Shown: positions 28,976 to 38,961, counted from the first letter of the stretch. The stretch: 64,000 nucleotides of DNA from Polyangiaceae bacterium (GCA_044376115.1 JBILLK010000003.1:224001-288000); one strand, 5' to 3'. Translations and numbers: made by a program. The notes: generated by a model from the sequence alone, not told the origin.

Positions 28976-29042
28976 GCTTGCTCAGCGGGCCAACTGGCCC
29001 TACGACGCGCGTCGACCGCAGTTCGAGTAAGGGGGGCGCGCA

Positions 29043-30863
29043 ATGAGAGACACACAGGTGAAAGACCTGGATTCGGCGGGAACGAAGCCCACGTGGGCTT
29101 TACGTTTCCGCCGTTTGCTTTTGCATCGTCGAGCAACGTTGGTGGTGGCGCTGATCGGCTTCTTGTTGGTGTTACCGACGTTGAGCTACGGCTACTTCCT
29201 CGACGACAACTTCCACATCTATGTACTGCGTGGCGGCGAGATGCCCGGTGGTCCACAAGGCGTGTGGGATCTGTATCGGTTTTCCTCGGGTACGGCAGAG
29301 GGCGTGGCGGCCAAGGCTTCGGGGGTCTTTCCGTGGTGGACGTCTGAGGGTCTGCGGCTCGGCTTCATGCGTCCCATCCCGTCCCTTTGGCGAGCGCTCG
29401 ACCACCGGCTTTTTGGTGAGTCCGCCGTCATCCCGCACCTGCAAGTGTGCATCGTGTTCGCAGGTTTGGTGGCCGCTGTTGCGCGCATGTTACGGAGCTT
29501 CTTCGGGGACGGTGAGGCTGGGCGCGCAGCCGCGGTGCTGGGCGCGTTGGCCTTCGCGGTGGATGACGCTCACGCGCTCAACGTGGCTTGGATCGCTAAT
29601 CGCTATTCGCTGATCTCTGCGCTGTTCGGCGCGCTTTCGCTGGTCGCTTTTGCGTCTTCGCGCAGAGCCGCTCAGCTCAGTTCACCGCTGCTCTTTCTCG
29701 TGGCGATGTTGTGCGGTGAGACGTCGCTCAGCTTCGTGGGGTTCTACCTCGCGCTGGTTTGGCTGCGTGGGCGCGAGCAGTGGAAGCCGCTCGCTGTGCG
29801 TCTCCTGCCGCACGCTTTCGTGCTCACGGGATGGGCGGTGCTCTACAAACTTGGCGGCTACGGGGCGAGAGGGAGCGGCTTCTATGTGGACCCGCTGCAC
29901 GATCCGCTGCTTTTCGCCGGGCGTTCGCTCTTGCGCTTGCCGGTGCTGCTCAACTCCCAGCTGACCTTTGCGCCGGCCGAAATCACAGGCGGTCTACCGC
30001 TGGCCGGTCAAGTCATTGCAGCGATCGTCGCTGCGGTGCTGGCGCTGTTGGTGCTGCGTTGGATCGATCGGACCTGCAATGGAGAACGCTCGGTACGCGC
30101 GTTGGTGGCCGGTTCGCTGCTTTCGCTGGTGCCGGTGACGGCGACCGCTGCCGATGACCGGCTGCTTTTGATCCCAGGCATCGGGCTCTTGGGTGCGCTG
30201 GGAATGGCGCTCACCCGGCGCTGGTCTGCGCCCATTTCTTCTCCCATTGAAGCGGGCCAAGCCGTGCAACGTCGGAGCTTTACTGCGGGTGCGTTGGTCT
30301 TCATCCACCTCATCCTGGCGCCGCTTTTGTTCGTGCCGCGCCAATCCTTTTTCAAAAACCTGTTGCAGGGCTATGTCGATCGACACGCGGTGCAACTGCC
30401 GCATGACGCGGCGGTGGCGGAGCAGCACCTCATCATCTTGGCGACGCCGGATCCGCTGCTGAGCAACTACATGCTGCTTTCGCAACTGATGGTCGATCAA
30501 CCGCATCCGCTCTCGGCCATGCTGCTAACCGTCGGCTGCCCCGGACCGCTGAAGGTCGAGCGGGTGGGCGAGCGTGAGCTCTTGCTCTCGGCGGACAACC
30601 TCCTGAGCGGCCCTTTCGCTCGGCTCTATCGCGCCACGCCGCTACAAGAAGGTGCCGAGATTGAGGCCGGCGTGCTCTCCGCACGGGTCATGCGTGTGGA
30701 GGGCGACCAGGTGAAGCAAGTGCGCTTCCGCTTCGACGCGCCTTTCACTTCGCTGCGTTGGTTGGTCTTCGGCGAAGGTGGCTACCGTGAAGTAGCGCCG
30801 CCCGCGTTGGGCGAGAGCGTCGAGTACGAGGGTTGGGACTTCGCTCGAGCGTTAGCGCAGTAG
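29043..30863 (+). CDS. Polytopic membrane protein, GT-C glycosyltransferase-like
   Basis: GYFLDDNFH after TM1, FMRP, AWIANR, GE, DRLL; about 11 TM helices plus a C-terminal soluble domain. Confidence 0.6.
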   Translation: MRDTQVKDLDSAGTKPTWALRFRRLLLHRRATLVVALIGFLLVLPTLSYGYFLDDNFHIYVLRGGEMPGGPQGVWDLYRFSSGTAEGVAAKASGVFPWWTSEGLRLGFMRPIPSLWRALDHRLFGESAVIPHLQVCIVFAGLVAAVARMLRSFFGDGEAGRAAAVLGALAFAVDDAHALNVAWIANRYSLISALFGALSLVAFASSRRAAQLSSPLLFLVAMLCGETSLSFVGFYLALVWLRGREQWKPLAVRLLPHAFVLTGWAVLYKLGGYGARGSGFYVDPLHDPLLFAGRSLLRLPVLLNSQLTFAPAEITGGLPLAGQVIAAIVAAVLALLVLRWIDRTCNGERSVRALVAGSLLSLVPVTATAADDRLLLIPGIGLLGALGMALTRRWSAPISSPIEAGQAVQRRSFTAGALVFIHLILAPLLFVPRQSFFKNLLQGYVDRHAVQLPHDAAVAEQHLIILATPDPLLSNYMLLSQLMVDQPHPLSAMLLTVGCPGPLKVERVGERELLLSADNLLSGPFARLYRATPLQEGAEIEAGVLSARVMRVEGDQVKQVRFRFDAPFTSLRWLVFGEGGYREVAPPALGESVEYEGWDFARALAQ

Positions 30864-30868
30864 AGCCG

Positions 30869-32053
30869 CTACGGCGCCGCGCTACCGATGTCTTTGCAGC
30901 AGCGAAAGGAGAGATGGTAGTTGGCGTGGTTGAGGCCCTCTTCGTCGTGCCAGGAGGGGGCACGCCAACGGCAGTCGTCTTTGTGGGCTTCATGCTTCTG
31001 AAAGATGAACCAACTGCCCTTCATCTCAGCGACGCCTTGACCACCCTTGGCGCCGAGGTCCCCAGGCTTGAGCGGCAATAACATGTGCTCCGCGGCGTTG
31101 CCGTGTTGGTCGTAGACGCCGAAGCTGCTCTTGCACTCGGGGAAGGAGCCGGCGGGGTAGGTGTTGGAACCGCACTTCCAACCGCTCGCGCTGCATTCTT
31201 TGGACTTGGTGCTGTCGGTGCCACATTTCTTGTGGTCCTTCTTTGCACCGTAGGCCCAGACGATCTTGCGTTTGCTGTTGTGCACGCCGCTCATCGACTC
31301 GCGCGGCAGCTTGAAGTCGTACTCCTCCTCGACTGGCCTCAGGCTTCCCGCGCAAGCGCCCTCCCACTCGTGGGTATCGCAAAGGCGTTTGCCCAAGCTC
31401 TTGCACAGGGCCGAGGCGTTGGCCGCGGTGATCCACGTGGCGGGGTATTCACACGGAAGGCCGGGGAACTCGTAGCGGTCGATGCAGACCTTGGCCTGAT
31501 CTTTTCGCTCGGTCGCCGGATCGTAGATCGGCACCATGAAGGCCGCTCCGCACACGCGCTCGCGTTCATCGGGCAGGTTGCGACGCTTCTCGACGCACTC
31601 GGCTCGCGAGATCGGGTGGGTGGTGGTCTCGGGGTTGCCTTGGCCTGACATCTTTGAGCTGGAGAGCAGCTCGAGGATGCGCGCGGCTGTCTTGGGATCG
31701 AGGCCGAGCATGATGCGCATGCGGCCGACCATCGCTTCGCGCTGCTCTTGCAGCGTCGTCTCCTTGGCGTTGAGGTCGGGCAAGACCTGCGGGTCGTATT
31801 CGACCTCGCAGCTGGCCCGGCCTCCGGGGCCGAGCGGGAGGGCCTCTGCGCTGGCGCTGGCCGCCGCTGAAGCGGACGACTTGGAAGAGGGCAACGCGGC
31901 TGCGCTGGGGGCAGCGGCTTGGGCGCTCGAGGACGCAGCTGAAGCGGCCTGCTCCGCCGCCTTTTCGCCGCAGCCAAGCGCCAAGGCGCAACTCAGCGCC
32001 AACCAAAGGACAAGGGGGGCTCGTTGCATGAAGTCCTGGCGCATCGCCTTCAC
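30869..32053 (-). CDS. SUMF1/FGE-sulfatase-domain lipoprotein
   Basis: Lipobox ALGC, A/S linker, CIDRYE, KRLC...EWE.AC, FGVYDQHGN..E, FRCC. Confidence 0.85.
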   Translation of the reverse strand: MKAMRQDFMQRAPLVLWLALSCALALGCGEKAAEQAASAASSSAQAAAPSAAALPSSKSSASAAASASAEALPLGPGGRASCEVEYDPQVLPDLNAKETTLQEQREAMVGRMRIMLGLDPKTAARILELLSSSKMSGQGNPETTTHPISRAECVEKRRNLPDERERVCGAAFMVPIYDPATERKDQAKVCIDRYEFPGLPCEYPATWITAANASALCKSLGKRLCDTHEWEGACAGSLRPVEEEYDFKLPRESMSGVHNSKRKIVWAYGAKKDHKKCGTDSTKSKECSASGWKCGSNTYPAGSFPECKSSFGVYDQHGNAAEHMLLPLKPGDLGAKGGQGVAEMKGSWFIFQKHEAHKDDCRWRAPSWHDEEGLNHANYHLSFRCCKDIGSAAP

Positions 32054-32490
32054 GCGCGCGCCCTTCGACGGCTAAGCTCTGCTCGCACGCGTTCGAGCAC
32101 GGGTAAATCGGCTGGCGGGAATTGAAGGCCGTCCAGCTCGTCGATGCCTACCCAGCGCACTTCGTCGGCGTCGAGTGCGCGCGGTTCGGCAGAACGGGCA
32201 GTTCGCGCGGCTTCAAAAAACAGCAAGAGGACGTCCTTGGACGGATAGCTGAAGAAGGTTACCTCCATCGGCGCGAGCACCTCACACTCGATGCCGAGCT
32301 CTTCCATCAACTCGCGCTGCAACGCGCGTTGTGGCGTCTCCCCGGGCTCGACTTTGCCGCCGGGAAACTCCCAATAAGCCTCCAAGTGCGTGCCTTTCTT
32401 CCTCCGTGAAACGAGCACTCGGCCGGCCTCGAGGACGATCCCGGCAGCGACGATGATGGGAGGCTTCCCCCCGCGTGCGTCGTGTGACAT
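32050..32490 (-). CDS. MutT/NudG-type Nudix (d)NTP pyrophosphohydrolase
   Basis: Nudix box GGKVEPGETPQRALQRELMEELGI, WEFPGG, FPPAD. Start ATG 32490; the longer ORF-track N-terminus is antisense to purM. Confidence 0.88.
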   Translation of the reverse strand: MSHDARGGKPPIIVAAGIVLEAGRVLVSRRKKGTHLEAYWEFPGGKVEPGETPQRALQRELMEELGIECEVLAPMEVTFFSYPSKDVLLLFFEAARTARSAEPRALDADEVRWVGIDELDGLQFPPADLPVLERVRAELSRRRARA

Positions 32491-32499
32491 GGCTTGGGC

Positions 32500-33534
32500 A
32501 TGCCCATCACATATCGGGACGCCGGTGTCGACATTGACGCAGGCAACGCGCTCGTCAGCCGAATTGCTCGTCTCGCCAAGCCTACGCGGACGCCCCACGT
32601 GCTCGCCGATATCGGTGGCTTCGCCGGGCTTTGCGCGATTCCCCCCGGGCTGAAAGAGCCCATCTTGGTGAGCGGTACGGACGGCGTCGGCACCAAGCTC
32701 AAGGTGGCCTTCGCCACTGGCGTCCACGACACGATCGGGATCGATCTGGTGGCCATGTGTGTGAATGACATCGTCACCTGTGGCGCCCAACCGCTCTTTT
32801 TCCTCGACTACTTCGGTACTGGCAAGCTCTCGGTCGACGTCGGTGAAGCGGTGATTCGCGGCATTGCAGAGGGCTGCAAACAGGCCGGTTGCGCCCTGCT
32901 CGGAGGCGAGACGGCGGAGCTGCCCGGGATGTACGCCGAGGGCGAGTATGACCTCGCGGGTTTCGCCGTGGGCGTGGTCGAGCGCAGCAAGATCATCGAC
33001 GGAAAAGCCTGCAGCGAGGGCGACGTCGTGATCGGCATTGCTTCCTCGGGGCTGCACTCGAACGGCTATTCGCTCGCGCGCCGCGTATTGCTCGAGGAGA
33101 TGAAGTTAGGCCTCAGCGAGTCACTTCCTGGCAGCGACAAGACGGTGGGCGAGTCGCTGCTGGTTCCAACCAAGATCTATGCGCGCACGGTGGCCGCGCT
33201 GTTTGCTGGTCTCGAGGATAAGCTGCACGCGCTTTGCCACGTGACCGGCGGCGGCCTACCGGAGAACCTGCCTCGCGTGCTGCCCGAAGGCTTGGGCGCT
33301 CACTTGAACCTGGCTTCCTACGAGCGGCCGCTCATCTTCCAGGTGATCCAAAAGGGTGGGCCGGTGGAGGAGGCCGAGATGTTGCGGACCTTCAATGTCG
33401 GCGTTGGGCTTGTGCTGGTGGTTGCCCGCGACGCGGCCGATCAGGCGCTCGAGGTTGCGCGCGCCGCCGGTGAAACCGCTTGGGTGCTCGGGGAGATCGT
33501 CAAGGCGAGCGGAGCCCGCGTCACCTTCGCTTAG
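32500..33534 (+). CDS. purM: Phosphoribosylformylglycinamidine cyclo-ligase
   Basis: ITYRDAGVDI, TDGVGTK, GGETAE, SSGLHSNGYSL, HVTGGG, RTFN.G.G. Confidence 0.97.
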   Translation: MPITYRDAGVDIDAGNALVSRIARLAKPTRTPHVLADIGGFAGLCAIPPGLKEPILVSGTDGVGTKLKVAFATGVHDTIGIDLVAMCVNDIVTCGAQPLFFLDYFGTGKLSVDVGEAVIRGIAEGCKQAGCALLGGETAELPGMYAEGEYDLAGFAVGVVERSKIIDGKACSEGDVVIGIASSGLHSNGYSLARRVLLEEMKLGLSESLPGSDKTVGESLLVPTKIYARTVAALFAGLEDKLHALCHVTGGGLPENLPRVLPEGLGAHLNLASYERPLIFQVIQKGGPVEEAEMLRTFNVGVGLVLVVARDAADQALEVARAAGETAWVLGEIVKASGARVTFA

Positions 33535-33544
33535 TGCTCTGCCC

Positions 33545-33576
33545 CAAGAGGTGCAGGCTCAGATCTGCACCTCTTG
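33545..33576. terminator. 12-bp inverted repeat between convergent purM and dCMP deaminase
   Basis: CAAGAGGTGCAG (33545-33556), 8-nt loop containing the deaminase stop, CTGCACCTCTTG (33565-33576). Confidence 0.55.
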
Positions 33577-33984
33577 CAGCTCGATCCCGAGCTTCTCGGC
33601 AAACTCGAAGATGCGCTCGTCGCGGTAGAACTCATTGAAGGCGATGCGGGTGATCCCGGCGTTGGCGATCATCTTGAAGCAGTTCCAGCACGGCGACGCC
33701 GTCACGTAGATGGTCGACTGGTCGATGCGAACGCCGTTGCGGGCCGCTTGAATGATGGCGTTGTTCTCCGCGTGGATGGTGCGCACGCAGTGATTGTCCA
33801 CCATCATGTGACCTACTTCGTCGCAGTGCGGCAGGCCTCGGATGCTGCCGTTGTAGCCCGAGGCGAGGATCGACTTGTCGCGCACGATCACTGCCCCAAC
33901 ATGTTTGCGATCGCAGGTCGCCCGCGTGGAAACTTCCTTGGCGATGCGCATGAAGTACTCGTCCCAGCTAGCTCGGTTCGACAT
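33559..33984 (-). CDS. dCMP deaminase family (ComEB-like) zinc deaminase
   Basis: R.SWDEYFM, GYNG, HAE, PCWNC. Confidence 0.92.
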   Translation of the reverse strand: MSNRASWDEYFMRIAKEVSTRATCDRKHVGAVIVRDKSILASGYNGSIRGLPHCDEVGHMMVDNHCVRTIHAENNAIIQAARNGVRIDQSTIYVTASPCWNCFKMIANAGITRIAFNEFYRDERIFEFAEKLGIELQEVQI

Positions 33985-34092
33985 TCAGCACCCTTACGCT
34001 GAAGATTCGGCGAAACCAAGGCTCTACGCGGGCCAGGCAGCTGGCTCCGCGTCGGGGTTGCTGCGGAGCGCCGCGTTCATTAGCGAGAGGCG

Positions 34093-35373
34093 ATGAGCGA
34101 ACCGCAGCGGCAGATTCTGATTCTCGGCTCCGGCGCGCGGGAGCACTCGATCGCCGATGCGATTCTGCGCTTTGATAGCGCCCGCCGCGTCGTGGTCGCG
34201 CCAGGCAACGGCGGTATCTCGGGCGCTGGGCTTTCGAGTCAGGCGGTGGACCTCGGGAATCACGCGCAGGTGATCGCGCTCGCCCAATCGCTGGCGGCGG
34301 AGCTCGTGATCGTCGGCCCGGAAGCACCTCTGTGTGACGGTATCGTCGATAGCCTCGAGGCGGCCGGCTTTGCCGTGTTCGGCCCGTCCAAGGCTGCGGC
34401 GCAGCTCGAGGCTTCCAAGGCCTTCCTCAAGAGCTTTGCGGCGCGGCATCGCATCCCAACCGCGCCCTTCGAGATCGTCACGAGCTTCGCCGAAGCCGAG
34501 GCAGCGATCCTCCGGCGTGGGGCGCCGATCGTGGTGAAGGCCTCGGGCCTTTGTTCGGGCAAGGGCGTGGTGGTTGCGACCACGGTGGAAGAAGCGCTGG
34601 CCGCCGCAAAGTCGATGTTGGTCGATCGGATTTTTGGCGCTGCTGCCGATGAGGTCGTGCTGGAAGACTGCCTGCCGGGGACCGAGGCGAGCGTGTTTGC
34701 GCTCTCGGATGGTGAGCGGTTCCTGGTGTTGCCGCCGTTCCGCGATCACAAGCGCCTGCTCGACGATGACCGCGGTCCCAACACCGGCGGCATGGGCGTG
34801 GTCGGTCCGGTGGAGGAGCTTTCGGCGGAGACGCTGAGCCGCATCACGAGCGAGATCATCGAGCCGACGCTCGCGGGTATGCGCAAAGAAGGAGCGCCTT
34901 TTCGTGGGGTGCTGTTCGCGGGGGTGATGATCGACGCGGACGGCGTGCCCTCGCTGCTCGAGCACAACGTGCGCTTTGGCGATCCCGAGTGTGAAGCGCT
35001 GATGTCGCTGCTCGAGGGCGACGTGCTTGGGGCGCTCGCGGGCTGTGCAACGCGCAACTTGAATGCCGAGCTGCTTTCGATTCCGAAGGGCCGTCATGCG
35101 GCTGTAGTCATCCTCGCTGCCGAGGGCTACCCGATGAATCCGAGGTCGGGGGACCCGATCGAGGGTCTCGAGCAAGCAGCGGATCTAGGCGCCAAGGTCT
35201 TTCATGCGGGAACGGCTCGAAGCGGCGAGGGCCTGGTGACGAAGGGTGGTCGGGTGTTGGCGGTGACAGCGTGCGGGTCGAGCCGAGAAGCTGCTCGCGA
35301 GGTCGCCTACGCTGCTGCGGACGTCATTCAATTTCGCGGCAAACAGTTGCGCCGGGACATTGGTGCTCGGTGA
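34093..35373 (+). CDS. purD: Phosphoribosylamine--glycine ligase
   Basis: GSGAREH, APGNGG, GPEAPL, LEASK, DHKR, GPNTGGMG, RFGDPE, GGRVL. Confidence 0.97.
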   Translation: MSEPQRQILILGSGAREHSIADAILRFDSARRVVVAPGNGGISGAGLSSQAVDLGNHAQVIALAQSLAAELVIVGPEAPLCDGIVDSLEAAGFAVFGPSKAAAQLEASKAFLKSFAARHRIPTAPFEIVTSFAEAEAAILRRGAPIVVKASGLCSGKGVVVATTVEEALAAAKSMLVDRIFGAAADEVVLEDCLPGTEASVFALSDGERFLVLPPFRDHKRLLDDDRGPNTGGMGVVGPVEELSAETLSRITSEIIEPTLAGMRKEGAPFRGVLFAGVMIDADGVPSLLEHNVRFGDPECEALMSLLEGDVLGALAGCATRNLNAELLSIPKGRHAAVVILAAEGYPMNPRSGDPIEGLEQAADLGAKVFHAGTARSGEGLVTKGGRVLAVTACGSSREAAREVAYAAADVIQFRGKQLRRDIGAR

Positions 35374-36062
35374 GTTCAGGCCGGCTCCAGCTGCTCGAGG
35401 AGAGCGAGCAGCTGCTGTTCGTCGCCAAACCTTCCGGCTGGGTGGTTCACCGCGGATTTTCTGGTGACGAGTGGACCGTCCTCAGCGAGCTGCGGCAAAT
35501 GGGCTACCGCGAGCTGCATCCGGCGCATCGACTGGACCGCGGGACGAGCGGCGTATTGGTGATCGCTAAAACGGTGGAGATGGCGCGCGAGCTGCAGCAG
35601 GCGTTCGCTGAGGAGAAGGTCCACAAGCTTTATTGGGCCGTGGTCCGCGGGCTGCCTGCTGAACCAAACTTCGACGTCGATCACGCCATTCCTTGTGACG
35701 AAGGCGGTCCACGTGTCCCTGCGCGCACGCTGGGCAAGCTGCTTTCGACCACTGTGCTCAGCGATTCTCCGCTGCGGGAGAAGCGTTATTCGTTGATGGC
35801 TGCTGAGCCAAAGACCGGCCGGTTTCATCAGGTGCGGCGGCACCTAAAGCACCTTGGGCACCCTGTGCTCGGCGACACCACCTACGGCCGCAGTGAACAC
35901 AACGCGCTGCTGCGCGAACGTTGCGGCCTCGAGCGCCTGGCCTTGCACGCTCGCTCGATCGAGCTGCAGCTACGCAGCGGTACGGTGCGCGTCGAGGCGC
36001 CTTTACCTGAGGATCTGTCCATGCCGATGCGCCGGCTCGGGCTCGAATGGCCGGCGAGCTAG
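35370..36062 (+). CDS. RNA pseudouridine synthase, RluA/TruC family
   Basis: GTG 35370 overlaps the purD TGA; KPSG..VH, HRLDRGTSG, TGRFHQVRRH, HPVLGD..YG. Confidence 0.9.
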   Translation: MSSGRLQLLEESEQLLFVAKPSGWVVHRGFSGDEWTVLSELRQMGYRELHPAHRLDRGTSGVLVIAKTVEMARELQQAFAEEKVHKLYWAVVRGLPAEPNFDVDHAIPCDEGGPRVPARTLGKLLSTTVLSDSPLREKRYSLMAAEPKTGRFHQVRRHLKHLGHPVLGDTTYGRSEHNALLRERCGLERLALHARSIELQLRSGTVRVEAPLPEDLSMPMRRLGLEWPAS

Positions 36063-36565
36063 CCAGTGCGTCTGTGACCCGTGGTGTCCAACGTGCACTC
36101 GTCTCGGAACTGGGTGATGAGCCGGACCAACTCCGTCGGCTCGCCGTCTCTTCGGACGCGCGCAATGTGCTCGGCACCGGCACGAACTTCGTCCACCAGC
36201 GCGATCTGGGTGCGCGGACGGACCGCGCGGATCGCCATGCTGGCCACCGACCGAACCATGGCGTTGAGGAAGCCTTGGGTCATGATCGCAACCGACGCGG
36301 CGATGATGCGCCCGTCGTAATCGCGCATTAGGCTCTTCAGTTCCCGCTCGAGCGCCGAGCGGTCGCGACTGGCTGGACCGACCTCCGCTAGATGGACGAG
36401 CGCAGCGCGCTGAGGACCTACAGCCTCGATCACCCGGTCGAGGGCACGCCGATACGCCGCGAATGCGCTGAGCGGAGGGGGCTCGGTAAAGCGCACCAAG
36501 ACCACGTCTCTCGACGTGGCGATCTGTGCTGAGTCTGTACGCAATACCCAGGAAATAGCGGCCAT
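36059..36565 (-). CDS. Hypothetical protein, STAS/SEC14-like alpha/beta domain
   Basis: 168-aa ORF filling the gap; GF..A.VRSV pattern. Fold call tentative. Confidence 0.55.
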   Translation of the reverse strand: MAAISWVLRTDSAQIATSRDVVLVRFTEPPPLSAFAAYRRALDRVIEAVGPQRAALVHLAEVGPASRDRSALERELKSLMRDYDGRIIAASVAIMTQGFLNAMVRSVASMAIRAVRPRTQIALVDEVRAGAEHIARVRRDGEPTELVRLITQFRDECTLDTTGHRRTG

Positions 36566-36571
36566 AGGGAC

Positions 36572-37243
36572 TCAGGTCTTTGTCGACCCGGTACCTGCGT
36601 TGGTAACACCTGGAATTGCCCCCTGCATCCGTGGTTTTCCCGACGAACGAAGCGTTAGCGACCTTGCCACGAACATCTCGAAGACACGATTGAGCTCCTG
36701 GGCAACCTGGGGCCCCTCGAGAATGGCCAAGGCTCGGCCGATGGCTTCGATCGTGGATAACGTTCCTTCCCGGGGGTTGCGCCGAAGCCTGTAGCGCGAA
36801 GGTTCTCCACCGCTTGGCAGCGTTACGCGCGTGGCTTCGCGCGCATCCGGATCACGGCGGGCCGTGCGCTGGGCCTGGCTCCAGTTCCCGTCGGGAACAA
36901 TCAACACCACCGGGCCGTCCTTTGCGTGCTCGGGCGTGAGCACTTCCGCGTCTTCGTAGGGAAAGAGCACCAAACGCCGGCCCTCTGGCAACGCCTCACG
37001 CGGCGGTTGGTTGGGCAGGCCGCGGATCAGAATCTGGCCACGAACGAGTGAACGCATGGCGAGCCGGCCGGTATTGGTCGTCCGCCGTTGCTCGACGTGG
37101 TGCATGATCAGCACAACGGCGCAATTGGTCTTGAGCCGCGGCAACTCCCCGCAAATACATAGGTCCAGCGGGAGTCCGCACCAGGAACAGCGCGGCAAGC
37201 GGTTCTCGACGCGTTTGGAAGCAGGAATAGCGCCGTATTGCAC
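36572..37243 (-). CDS. DTW-domain tRNA-uridine aminocarboxypropyltransferase (TapT-like)
   Basis: CSWC..CIC, H..E....TNTGRL, LFP, DGNW.QA, Y.LR, LSTIEA. Confidence 0.88.
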   Translation of the reverse strand: MQYGAIPASKRVENRLPRCSWCGLPLDLCICGELPRLKTNCAVVLIMHHVEQRRTTNTGRLAMRSLVRGQILIRGLPNQPPREALPEGRRLVLFPYEDAEVLTPEHAKDGPVVLIVPDGNWSQAQRTARRDPDAREATRVTLPSGGEPSRYRLRRNPREGTLSTIEAIGRALAILEGPQVAQELNRVFEMFVARSLTLRSSGKPRMQGAIPGVTNAGTGSTKT

Positions 37244-37334
37244 GGCCTGGGATCAACCTCCTGCAACTCCGCGTCAACTCATCCGCGTGCTGTCCAAGCT
37301 TGATGGCCTCTACGAGTGAGGCTAAGCCAGCCTT

Positions 37335-38951
37335 ATGAGTGTAGGGGCAAGCGTGATGACCGCTGAGTCGAAGCGGACGGATAGTTCTTTGGTGATCGAG
37401 TGTTTTGAGCCCGCCACACGCCGAAAGCTGGGCGAGGTTGCGGTCACGCGGCCCGATGAGGTGAAGCAGGTCGTGCTGAAGGCGCGGCGCGCTCAGCAGC
37501 AGTTCCGCTCCACGAGCTTCGCTGAGCGACGCGAGTTGCTCGGCGCCATCCTCGATCACGTGCTCGAGCACGCCGACGAGCTGTGCGAGTTCATCGTTCG
37601 GGATGCCGGTAAAACGCGTGAAAACGCGATGCTCGGTGAGATCTGGCCGGTGTGCGAGAAGCTGCGTCACACGATGCAATCGGGTGAAGAGGCGTTGCTC
37701 CCGGAGACGGTTTCTTCGGGCATGTTCCCGCACAAGCGTGCCGAGATTCGCTACATCCCCCTGGGAGTCATCGGCATCATCGCTCCTTGGAACTATCCGC
37801 TCCAAAACCTGCTCGGGCCCGCTATCCCGGCCTTGTTCGCCGGCAACGCGGTGGTGATCAAAGCAAGCGAAGCCGTCGCCTGGTCGACCGAGCGTTTTCA
37901 GCAGATCTTCGACGCCGCGCTCGACAAGGTTGGGCTGCCGCGCGCGTTGGTTCAGATCATCAATGGCTACGGCGCAACCGGCGCCGCGTTGGTTTCGTCT
38001 GGCGTGGACAAGGTGATCTTCACCGGCTCGATGGCCAACGGCCGCAAAGTGATTGAAGAGAGCGCGAAGTCACTGACGCCGGTGATCCTCGAGCTCGGTG
38101 GCAAAGACGCCTTCATCGTTTGTGATGACGCGAATCTTGAGCAAGCCGCGCACGCTGCGATGGCGGGCGTCTTCATCGCCGCGGGCCAAAACTGTTTGGC
38201 GGCGGAACGATTCATCGTCTTCGACTCGGTGTACGACGCCTTCGTCGGTCGCGTGAAGGCGCTCACCGAGGCCCTGCGCCAAGGGGATCCGCGCGGTGAG
38301 TCGCGGGTGGACCTCGGCGCCATGGCGACGCCGGCGCAACTCCGTGTCGTGGCGGACTTGGTGGATGACGCAGTTCGTCGGGGGGCCCGCGTGCTGGTCG
38401 GTGGTCAGCGTGCGCTCGTTGAGCAAGGAGACTACTTCGCTCCAACCATCCTGGTGGACGTGCCCAAGGATGCCCGCATCCTGCGTGAAGAGACCTTCGG
38501 TCCGGTGATGGTCATTCTGCGTGTGAAGGACGAGGAGGAGGCCATCGCGCTAGCCAACGGGACGGAGTACGGACTTTCCGCCACCGTGATGACCACCGAC
38601 GCCAAGCGAGCCGAGCGTTTCGCCGAGCGCATCGATTCGGGCGGAACCTCGGTCAATGACTTCGGCTTCACCTACATGGCCATGGACCTTCCGTTCGGCG
38701 GAGTTCGTGGTTCCGGCTTCGGGCGGCTCAACGGGCGAGAAGGCATTCGCGCTTGTTGCAACCAGAAGGCGGTGCTCTTCGACAGGCTACCTGTTGGAGC
38801 GCCCTCCAAGCTCTACCCGATCGGTCCTTTCGACTACGACCTCGCTCGCGAAACGATTCGCAGCTTGTACGGTCGCGGCGCGGTGAAGAAGGCGTCGGCA
38901 GTAACCCAACTCGCCAAGACGGCCTGGGCTTCGATTCGCGGTAACACCTGA
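37335..38951 (+). CDS. Aldehyde dehydrogenase
   Basis: PWNYP, FTGS, ELGGK, GQNC, EETFGP, PFGG...SGFGR. Confidence 0.95.
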   Translation: MSVGASVMTAESKRTDSSLVIECFEPATRRKLGEVAVTRPDEVKQVVLKARRAQQQFRSTSFAERRELLGAILDHVLEHADELCEFIVRDAGKTRENAMLGEIWPVCEKLRHTMQSGEEALLPETVSSGMFPHKRAEIRYIPLGVIGIIAPWNYPLQNLLGPAIPALFAGNAVVIKASEAVAWSTERFQQIFDAALDKVGLPRALVQIINGYGATGAALVSSGVDKVIFTGSMANGRKVIEESAKSLTPVILELGGKDAFIVCDDANLEQAAHAAMAGVFIAAGQNCLAAERFIVFDSVYDAFVGRVKALTEALRQGDPRGESRVDLGAMATPAQLRVVADLVDDAVRRGARVLVGGQRALVEQGDYFAPTILVDVPKDARILREETFGPVMVILRVKDEEEAIALANGTEYGLSATVMTTDAKRAERFAERIDSGGTSVNDFGFTYMAMDLPFGGVRGSGFGRLNGREGIRACCNQKAVLFDRLPVGAPSKLYPIGPFDYDLARETIRSLYGRGAVKKASAVTQLAKTAWASIRGNT

Positions 38952-38961
38952 GGTCGTCCCG

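Noticed and set aside
32491..33057. Apparent long N-terminal fusion on the Nudix ORF
   Set aside because: Antisense shadow of purM, typical of high-GC DNA.
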